Below, piece by piece: positions 23,810-30,596 of a stretch of DNA of 32,000 nucleotides. This DNA is from Kineococcus radiotolerans SRS30216 = ATCC BAA-149 (lineage in GTDB: Bacteria; Actinomycetota; Actinomycetes; Actinomycetales; Kineococcaceae), in assembly GCF_000017305.1 (NCBI RefSeq), contig NC_009664.2, positions 2,520,001 through 2,552,000 of the forward strand, in the 5' to 3' direction. The notes below the pieces were generated by a model. It was not told the DNA's origin and did not search any database. It saw only the letters and a list, made by a program, of their open reading frames with translations. A program made the translations under genes and the position numbers. Each line of letters opens with the position of its first letter. The stretch's first letter is position 1.

Positions 23810-26575
23810 GTGACACCCCCGCCGCCCTCGATCCACTGCCCGGAGCGGAACGGGAACCCGGCCGAGGTCCAGCGGCTCACGGCGCTGCGCGAGTACGACG
23901 TGCTCGGCGCCCCCGCGGACGCCGAGCTGGACGACGTCGTGCGCGCCGCGGCGATGGTCGCCGGGGTGCCCCACGCGACGCTGAACCTCATCGACGAGCA
24001 CCGCCAGTGCCAGCTCGCGACCGTCGGTTTCGAGGGCACCGACTCCGCGCGCGAGGACTCGATGTGCGCGCTGCACTTCACCGACGGCGAGGTCGTGCAC
24101 CTCCCCGACGCCAGCGTCGACCCGCGCTACCGCACCAACCCGTGGGTGGACGGCCGGCTGGGTCGGGTGCGGCTGTACGCCTCCGCGCCCCTGATCACCC
24201 CGCGCGGGCACGCCGTGGGCAGCCTGTGCGTGTTCGACACCGTGCCCGGGGAGCTCTCCGCGGCCCAGCTGGACGCGCTGGCGGGGCTGGCCCGGGTCGT
24301 GGTGGCCCTCTTCGAGCGCCGCCGCAAGGCCCTGCTCGCCGAGCGCTACGCCGCGGAGGCGCACCAGCACGCCCTCCAGGCTCAGCGCCTCAGCGCGAGC
24401 GACGCCGAGCTGCGGCTGGTGCTGGCCGCGACCAGCGACGCCTTCCTGGCCGTCGACGAGAACCAGCGCATCACCTCCTGGAACGCCGCCGCCGAGGCGA
24501 TGTTCGGCTGGTCGCAGGCCGAGGCCCTCGGCCGCGGCCTGGTCGAGACGATCGTGCCGCCGGCGATGGCCGCGGCCCACACGGGCGGCTTCGAGCGGTT
24601 CCTGCGCACCGGCGCCCGCGAGCTCAGCAGCACCGTGGAGGTCCCCGCCCGGCGTCGCGACGGGACCGAGCTGGTCGTGGAGCTGAGCATCACCCCCGTC
24701 GAGGCCGGCGGGCAGCGCAAGGTCTACGCCGCGATCCGCGACGTCACCGACCGGCGGCGGCTGGAGCAGCAGGCCCGGTCGCTGGCCGGGATCGTCGCCG
24801 GCGCCCGCGACGCGATCGTCTCCGTGGACACCGCCGGGCGCATCACGTCGTGGAACGCGGCCGCGGAGCAGCTGTACGGCTACGACGCCGCCCAGGTCAC
24901 CGGCGCGGGGCTGGACCTCATCGCCGCGAGCGGCGAGGTGCAGCAGCTGGGCGCCTGGCTGGCCCGCGCCGCCGCCGGCGAGGCCGTCGACGGGGTCGCG
25001 GCCCGCGACGTCGTCGGGCGCCACCGCGACGGCAGCGCCGTCGAGGTCTCGATCACCGTCTCGCCCGTGCTCGACGCCGCCGGCGCCGTCGTCGGCGCCT
25101 CCATCGCCGCCCGCGACATCTCCGAGCGCCTGCGCGCGGAGGCGGCGCTGCGCGAGGCCGAGCAGCGCTTCGGCCTCGCCTTCACCCACGCCCCCACCGG
25201 GGTGCTGCTCACCGCCCTGAGCGGGGAGCACGCGGGCCGGTTCCTCAGCGCCAACCCCGCCGCCTGCGCGATGCTCGGCCACTCCGCCGAGGCGCTGCAG
25301 CACCTGACCTCCGCCGACGTCACCCACCCCGAGGACCTGCCCACCTCCCAGCGGCGGGTGCGGGAGGTCGTGGAGGGCCGCACGCCCAGCGCGCACTTCG
25401 AGGAGCGCTACGTGCGCGCCGACGGCCGCACCGTCTGGGGCGAGGTGGACATCTCTCTCGTCCACGACGCCGGCGGGCGGCCGCTGTACACGGTCACCCA
25501 CGTGCAGGACGTCACCGCCAAGCGCGCGGACCGGCAGCGCCTGGCCGAGTCCGAGCAGCGCTTCCGCCTCGCCTTCGACACCGCCCCGGTCGGGATGGTC
25601 ATCGTGGGGCTTGGGGAGGAGGACGCCGCGCGGATCCTGCAGGTCAACACCACGTTGTGCGAGTTCACCGGCCTGAGCGTCCCCGAGCTGCTGGGCCGCG
25701 ACGTGCACGACCTCGTCGACCCCGAGGAGCGCGTCGACAGCCTCCTGGGCTTCGCCCCCTTCCTGCTGGGCGAGCTCACCCACGGGCAGGTGGAGCAGCG
25801 CTACCGGCACGCCGACGGCACCGTCCGGTGGGGTCTGATGACGGTCACCGCGATGACGGCCGCGACCGCGCCGCTGGCGGGGGTGCCCGGCGCCGACGAC
25901 GCCGGGCCGCAGCTGCTGTGCCTCATCGAGGACGTCACCGCCCGCAAGGCCGCCGAGCTGGCGCTGCGTCACCAGGCGTTGCACGACGGGCTGACGGGGT
26001 TGCCCAACCGCACCCTGCTGCACGACCGCCTCGAGCACGCCCTGGCCGCGGCCGGGCGCAGCGGGGCGGGGGTGGGGGTGCTGTTCTGCGACCTGGACGG
26101 GTTCAAGGCGGTCAACGACTCCGCCGGGCACGCCGCCGGCGACGAGCTGCTGCGCGAGGTCGCGGCCCGCTTCGGCGGATGCCTGCGCCCGGGGGACACC
26201 CTGGCGCGCCTGGGCGGGGACGAGTTCGCCGTCGTCTGCCCCGACCTCGCCGGGCCCGCGGACCTGCGGGCCATCGCCGAACGGCTGCTGGGTTCCCTGC
26301 GCGAGCCGGTGGTCCTCGCCGCCGGCGCCTTCGGCGTCGGCGTCAGCGTCGGGGCCCACCTGGCCGGCGGGTGCGCGGCCGGGGACGGGGCGGGGGCCGC
26401 GGTGGACCAGGCGCTGGCCCACGCCGACACCGCCATGTACGAGGCCAAGCGCGCCGGGAAGAACCGCGTCCGCACCCACGACGACGGTGCCGGGGACCGC
26501 TGCGGGCGGGGCTGGCCGGCGCTCGCGCTGGCCGCCGGGGACCCGGTCGCGGCGGGGGTCCTCGCCTCCCGGTAG
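23810..26575 (+). CDS. Cytoplasmic GAF - PAS x4 - GGDEF diguanylate cyclase
   Basis: GAF domain: EVQRLTALREYDVL...ATLNLIDEHRQ...GSLCVFD. There are four PAS-like modules; two contain RITSWNAAAE and two open with EQRF.LAF. The GGDEF domain reads LTGLPNRTLL...RPGDTLARLGGDEFAVV with an RxxD I-site, and there is no EAL domain. The start is either GTG 23810 or ATG 23639; the latter would overlap the divergent methyltransferase by 65 nt. Confidence 0.85.
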   Translation: MTPPPPSIHCPERNGNPAEVQRLTALREYDVLGAPADAELDDVVRAAAMVAGVPHATLNLIDEHRQCQLATVGFEGTDSAREDSMCALHFTDGEVVHLPDASVDPRYRTNPWVDGRLGRVRLYASAPLITPRGHAVGSLCVFDTVPGELSAAQLDALAGLARVVVALFERRRKALLAERYAAEAHQHALQAQRLSASDAELRLVLAATSDAFLAVDENQRITSWNAAAEAMFGWSQAEALGRGLVETIVPPAMAAAHTGGFERFLRTGARELSSTVEVPARRRDGTELVVELSITPVEAGGQRKVYAAIRDVTDRRRLEQQARSLAGIVAGARDAIVSVDTAGRITSWNAAAEQLYGYDAAQVTGAGLDLIAASGEVQQLGAWLARAAAGEAVDGVAARDVVGRHRDGSAVEVSITVSPVLDAAGAVVGASIAARDISERLRAEAALREAEQRFGLAFTHAPTGVLLTALSGEHAGRFLSANPAACAMLGHSAEALQHLTSADVTHPEDLPTSQRRVREVVEGRTPSAHFEERYVRADGRTVWGEVDISLVHDAGGRPLYTVTHVQDVTAKRADRQRLAESEQRFRLAFDTAPVGMVIVGLGEEDAARILQVNTTLCEFTGLSVPELLGRDVHDLVDPEERVDSLLGFAPFLLGELTHGQVEQRYRHADGTVRWGLMTVTAMTAATAPLAGVPGADDAGPQLLCLIEDVTARKAAELALRHQALHDGLTGLPNRTLLHDRLEHALAAAGRSGAGVGVLFCDLDGFKAVNDSAGHAAGDELLREVAARFGGCLRPGDTLARLGGDEFAVVCPDLAGPADLRAIAERLLGSLREPVVLAAGAFGVGVSVGAHLAGGCAAGDGAGAAVDQALAHADTAMYEAKRAGKNRVRTHDDGAGDRCGRGWPALALAAGDPVAAGVLASR

Positions 26576-26683
26576 CGCCCGGCGGGGACGGGTCCCGCGG
26601 CCCGCCGCGGGGGTGGCCGGGAATCCGGGGGCCGCGGGCCGGGTTGTCCAGGACGGTCACACCCCCGCCGGAAAGGTCGCTCC

Positions 26684-27673
26684 ATGTCGCTCGCCCTCTC
26701 GATCCTGGACCTCGCCCCCATCGCCCCGGGGGAGTCCGCGGGCGACAGCATCGCCGCCAGCGTCGCGCTCGCGCGGACCGCGGAGGAGCACGGCTACCGG
26801 CGGGTCTGGTACGCCGAGCACCACAACATGGCGACGATCGCGTCCTCGGCGCCGGCGGTGCTCATCGCCCACGTGGGGGCGAAGACGAGCACCATCCGGC
26901 TCGGGGCGGGCGGGGTCATGCTGCCCAACCACTCCCCGCTGTCCATCGCCGAGCAGTTCGGCACTTTGGAGGCGATGTACCCCGGGCGCATCGACCTCGG
27001 CCTGGGCCGCGCGCCGGGTTCGGACGAGGCCACGACGTACGCGCTGCGGCGCGACCCGGCCGCCTCGGCGCAGTTCCCCGAGGACGTCGCGGAGCTGCGC
27101 GCCTACTTCGCCGGGCGGTCCCGCGTGCCCGGCGTCGACGCCGTGCCCGGTTCCGGGTCGAAGGTCCCGCTGTACGTGCTGGGTTCCTCGACGTTCGGCG
27201 CGCACCTGGCCGCCGCCCTCGGCCTGCCCTACGCCTTCGCCTCGCACTTCGCCCCGCAGCAGCTCGGGGCGGCCGTCGCCGCGTACCGCGCGGAGTTCCG
27301 CCCCTCCGAGCAGCTCGCCGAACCCCACGTCATCGTGGGGGTGAACGTCGTCGCCGCCGACACGACCGACACGGCCCGTGAGGCGTTCGGGCAGGTGCAG
27401 CGCCGGTTCGCGACGTCGCTGTTCGGGCGCGGGCGCACGTTCACCGAGGCCGAGGTCGACATCCTCATGGAGACCGCCGCGGGGCAGCACGTGCGGCAGA
27501 TGCAGGCGTACTCCGCCGTCGGCACCCCGCGCGAGGTCCGCACCTACCTCGACGAGTTCGCCGCCTCCACCGGCGCCGACGAGCTCATCGTGGCCCACCA
27601 GGCCCTCAGCACCCCCGCGCGGTTGCGGTCGGTGACCCTGCTGGCCGAGGCGATGGAGACCGTCGCCGCCTGA
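26684..27673 (+). CDS. LLM-class (luciferase-like) flavin-dependent oxidoreductase
   Basis: 329 aa (LSILDLAPI...HGYRRVWYAEHHNM..IASSAPAVLIAH...RLGAGGVMLPNHSPL..AEQFGTLEAMYPGRIDLGLGRAPG). Confidence 0.85.
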   Translation: MSLALSILDLAPIAPGESAGDSIAASVALARTAEEHGYRRVWYAEHHNMATIASSAPAVLIAHVGAKTSTIRLGAGGVMLPNHSPLSIAEQFGTLEAMYPGRIDLGLGRAPGSDEATTYALRRDPAASAQFPEDVAELRAYFAGRSRVPGVDAVPGSGSKVPLYVLGSSTFGAHLAAALGLPYAFASHFAPQQLGAAVAAYRAEFRPSEQLAEPHVIVGVNVVAADTTDTAREAFGQVQRRFATSLFGRGRTFTEAEVDILMETAAGQHVRQMQAYSAVGTPREVRTYLDEFAASTGADELIVAHQALSTPARLRSVTLLAEAMETVAA

Positions 27674-27733
27674 CCCCGACCGCGGTCCCCGCCCCGAGTA
27701 GCGGAGATCGTGATCGGTGCCACCATCGACGGT

Positions 27734-27810
27734 GAGGCGGCTGCACCGCCTCGCACGCCGCAAGACGGTGCAGCCCAGCGCCCCGGACGACGCGCGTCGT
27801 CCGGGGCGCT
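27734..27810 (+). promoter_or_regulatory. Structured intergenic element: two mutually exclusive stems followed by a perfect 34-bp palindrome
   Basis: Stem A pairs 27734-27740 with 27746-27752. Stem B pairs 27739-27748 with 27766-27775 (10 bp, overlapping stem A). The palindrome spans 27777-27810 (agcgccccggacgacgc|gcgtcgtccggggcgct). The function is unknown; it could be a terminator, an attenuator or an operator. Confidence 0.4.
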
Positions 27811-27852
27811 GCGCGTGCCGCCACTCCCCGTCGAACCCAGGAGACCCCCACG

Positions 27853-28611
27853 ATGAGCGCACCCACCGGAGTCGGTTCCCACGCCACCGGGTTGTACGGC
27901 AGCCGGGCGGGGGAGAACCTCCTCCGGTCGGGGGCGGCGGAACTGCTCGGGACGTTCGTCCTCGTCCTCGCCGGGGGCGCGGTCGCGGTGGGTGCGGGGA
28001 CGACCGACCCGCCGGTGTACGACCTGCTGGCCATCGTCCTCGCGTTCGGCCTCGCGCTGACCGCGCTCGTCGCGGCCCTCGGGCACGTGTCGGGCTGCCA
28101 CCTCAACCCCGCCGTCACCCTCGGCCTGGCGGTCACCCGGAAGTTCCCGTGGCGCGCGGTGCCGGTGTACGTGGTGGCGCAGCTGGTAGGGGCGGTCCTG
28201 GCCTCGCTGGCGACGTGGGCCGTGCACACCGGGCGCGGGCGCGAGGTCGCGAACCTCTCGACCACCCTGCCCGCCCCCGGCGTCTCGGACGGGCGCGCGT
28301 TCTTCGTCGAGGCCCTCATCACCTTCGTGCTGGTCCTGGTCGTCATCTCCGTGGCCACCGACGACCGCGTCCCCGCCGCGGCGGCCCCCCTGGCGGTGGG
28401 CGCCGCGCTGGCGGTGTGCATCTTCATCGCCGCCCCCGTCACCGGCGGTGCGGTCAACCCGGCCCGCGCGTTCGGCCCGGCGGTGGTGTCGGGGAACCTG
28501 GACGCGCTGTGGCTGTACCTGCTGGCCCCCGTCGTGGGCGGGGTCCTCGCGGCCGTCGTCTACGACCGGCTCCTGGCCCCCGCGCAGGCCCCGACCCCCG
28601 AGGACGACTGA
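27853..28611 (+). CDS. MIP family channel (aquaporin/aquaglyceroporin)
   Basis: 252 aa, about 6 TM helices, with both NPA boxes (HLNPAVTLG and GAVNPARAFGP). AGGAG lies upstream of ATG 27853. Confidence 0.9.
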   Translation: MSAPTGVGSHATGLYGSRAGENLLRSGAAELLGTFVLVLAGGAVAVGAGTTDPPVYDLLAIVLAFGLALTALVAALGHVSGCHLNPAVTLGLAVTRKFPWRAVPVYVVAQLVGAVLASLATWAVHTGRGREVANLSTTLPAPGVSDGRAFFVEALITFVLVLVVISVATDDRVPAAAAPLAVGAALAVCIFIAAPVTGGAVNPARAFGPAVVSGNLDALWLYLLAPVVGGVLAAVVYDRLLAPAQAPTPEDD

Positions 28612-28626
28612 ACCCCGCGCCCGGGG

Positions 28627-29688
28627 TCACTCCCACCGTCCCGACGGCAACGACCCCGCGCGCGCGGCCAGCGCCGTCGCCTGTCGCGGCGAGAACGTCG
28701 TGAACGCCTCCGGGACGACCTCCTCGCCGGCCCGTGTCCACGTGCCCACGACGGTGCCCGCGTCGACGACGGTGCCGCGGAAGACGCCGTTGCCGCCGGG
28801 CACGACGCGTCCGGCGTGCTCGGGGGGCAGCACGGCGGAACGGTCGCCGTAGCCGAGCAGGAACTCGTCGAAACCCGGCAGCAGGTGCGGGCCGCGGACC
28901 GCGGCGCGGTGGGCGGCGAGGAGGTCGGGGACCTCGGGGTGGACGAGGTGCTCCACGCCCTCCACCCCGACCGCCGCGAACTCCCCGCGGACGGCGGCGA
29001 ACCCGCGCCGGGCCGTCCCCAGCGGCAGCTTCGTCCAGGTCGCGAAGTCCGCGGGCGTGGCCGGCCCGTGCCCGCGCAGGTAGCGGCGGGTCCACTCCGC
29101 CAGCGGGTCCTCCGGTGCCCGCCGCGGCCCGATCCAGTCCCCGGTGAGCACGAAGGCCTGCTCCCGCCCGGCCGGCGGGCCCTGGCAGAGCGTCCCGGTC
29201 AGGCACAGGTGCACGAGCAGGTGGTAGCCGCGGCCGGCGGCGGTGCGCTGGCCGGTGCGCTCGAGCTCCGCGAGCAGTTCCGCCCGCGTCGCCCGCCCGC
29301 GGGTGCTGAGGAACTCCCGGGCGGTGGTGTCGACGGCGTCGAGGTCGGCGTCGGAGATCCCCAGCTCGGCGCGCCGGCGCCGCGCCGCGGTCACCGTCCG
29401 GCCCGCGCAGAGGTCGAGGACCCAGGCCAGGTCGGCCGCGGCGATCAGGTGCAGCGTCCCGCGCATCGGCCAGGACCGGACGACCTCGCCGGCCTCCAGC
29501 GCGGCGACGAGGCCCGCCGTCGTGGCGTCGGCGGTGCGGAGCGCGACGGCCGTCGCCGCCGCGCGCAGGTCCTGGGCCTGGACCGCGGCGAGGTGGTGGA
29601 CGACCGCGAGCGCGGACCCGAGCGGGGGCACGACCCGCTGGGCGACGAGCCGCCACGACCCCACGTCGCGGGCGGGGACCTCGATCAC
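28627..29688 (-). CDS. Winged-helix DNA-binding protein of the AlkZ/YcaQ (HTH_42, DUF1006) family, a candidate DNA crosslink/alkylpurine glycosylase
   Basis: 353 aa (WRLVAQRV...VVHHLAAVQAQDLRAAATAVALR...VVRSWPMRGTLHL...). It has a Q-A-Q motif where the AlkZ-like clade carries its catalytic (Q/H)-hydrophobic-Q. The start is GTG 29688, 27 nt after the TauE stop. Confidence 0.7.
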   Translation of the reverse strand: MIEVPARDVGSWRLVAQRVVPPLGSALAVVHHLAAVQAQDLRAAATAVALRTADATTAGLVAALEAGEVVRSWPMRGTLHLIAAADLAWVLDLCAGRTVTAARRRRAELGISDADLDAVDTTAREFLSTRGRATRAELLAELERTGQRTAAGRGYHLLVHLCLTGTLCQGPPAGREQAFVLTGDWIGPRRAPEDPLAEWTRRYLRGHGPATPADFATWTKLPLGTARRGFAAVRGEFAAVGVEGVEHLVHPEVPDLLAAHRAAVRGPHLLPGFDEFLLGYGDRSAVLPPEHAGRVVPGGNGVFRGTVVDAGTVVGTWTRAGEEVVPEAFTTFSPRQATALAARAGSLPSGRWE

Positions 29689-29715
29689 CCGCTCACGCTG
29701 GCAGCGGCGCGCCCC

Positions 29716-30474
29716 TCAGCGCAACAGGTTCAGCCCGGAGACGACGGTGAGGCCGAGGACCCAGCTCTCGAACTTCGCCTTGTCGATCCGCTTCGCCACC
29801 CACAGGCCGATGAGCGCGCCCACGACGACGCCGGGGACGAGCTTGAGGTCGAGCAGCAGGGAGTCCGCGCTGAGCAGCCCGAGGCCGACGCTGAAGGGGA
29901 TCTTGAAGCAGTTCACGATGAAGAAGAACCAGGCGCCGGTGCCGAGGAAGGACATCACGCCCAGGCCCATGGTGAACAGGTAGATCGACATCGGGGCGCC
30001 GCCGGCGTTGGCGACCATGGTGGCGAACCCGGCGAGGAACCCGAAGCCGATGGCGGTGAGGTGGCGCTTGCGCGGGGACATGGGGGCGGGGGCGGTCCCG
30101 CGCCGGCGCAGCTGCCGCTGGCGCGCCAGGTGGATGACGACGAGCAGGACGAGCAGGACCCCGATGGAGCGGCGCATGACGGTGTCGTCGACGACGTGGA
30201 CGAACCCGGCCCCGGCGACGACGCCCACGGCGACGTGGGGGAACAACCGCAGCAGCAGGCCCCAGTCGGCGTGGCGGCGGTAGAAGGAGATGGCGAACAC
30301 GTCGCCGAGGATCAACAGCGGCAGGATGATGCCCGTCGACTCCTTGGCGGGCAGGACCGCGGCGAAGACCGCGACCGCGATGGTCCCGGCGCCCCCGATC
30401 GAGGTCTTGGCGAACCCGATGACCAGGGCCGCGAGGTAGAGGGGGATCAACTGCGTCGTCGACAGGTCCAGCAC
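29716..30474 (-). CDS. TauE/SafE (DUF81) family anion/sulfite exporter-type permease
   Basis: 252 aa, about 8 TM helices (LYLAALVIGFAKTSIGGAGTIAVAVFAAVLP...). GTG 30474 is preceded by TAAGCT-N6, a leaderless-type layout. Confidence 0.8.
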   Translation of the reverse strand: MLDLSTTQLIPLYLAALVIGFAKTSIGGAGTIAVAVFAAVLPAKESTGIILPLLILGDVFAISFYRRHADWGLLLRLFPHVAVGVVAGAGFVHVVDDTVMRRSIGVLLVLLVVIHLARQRQLRRRGTAPAPMSPRKRHLTAIGFGFLAGFATMVANAGGAPMSIYLFTMGLGVMSFLGTGAWFFFIVNCFKIPFSVGLGLLSADSLLLDLKLVPGVVVGALIGLWVAKRIDKAKFESWVLGLTVVSGLNLLR

Positions 30475-30496
30475 CGTCGGAGCTTACTGAGCCGAG

Positions 30497-30559
30497 GCCA
30501 CCAACTCGCCCACCAACCCGCCCACCGACCCGCCCACCGACCCGCCCACCGACCCGCCC
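30497..30559. repeat. 12-bp tandem repeat, CCCACCGACCCG x3 perfect plus 2 degenerate units, in the divergent TauE/dinB intergenic region
   Basis: Units read directly at 30497 (gccaccaactcg), 30509 (cccaccaacccg), 30521, 30533 and 30545 (cccaccgacccg), with a partial ccc at 30557-30559. Confidence 0.9.
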
Positions 30560-30567
30560 GGGCGGCG

Positions 30568-30590
30568 GTGTCGGAGCCGCGGGGCAGACT
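30568..30590 (+). promoter_or_regulatory. Candidate dinB promoter of the RecA-independent (PafBC-type) class, positioned for a leaderless transcript
   Basis: Reads gTGTCGgag-N8-CAGACT-N6-GTG, with the start codon at 30597. The first hexamer base is C rather than T. Confidence 0.35.
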
Positions 30591-30596
30591 CGGGGG

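Noticed and set aside
22847-26479. 1210-aa minus-strand ORF and the 1490-aa plus-strand ORF (22909..27381) spanning the methyltransferase, cyclase and LLM genes
   Set aside because: Both are off-frame or antisense to well-supported genes. Both translate to Arg/Pro/Gly repeats without domains.
28612-28627. Small hairpin (accccg-cgcc-cggggt) between the convergent aquaporin and AlkZ-like genes as a terminator
   Set aside because: The stem is only 6 bp, has no U-tract and overlaps the minus-strand stop codon. That is too weak to call in DNA this GC-rich.
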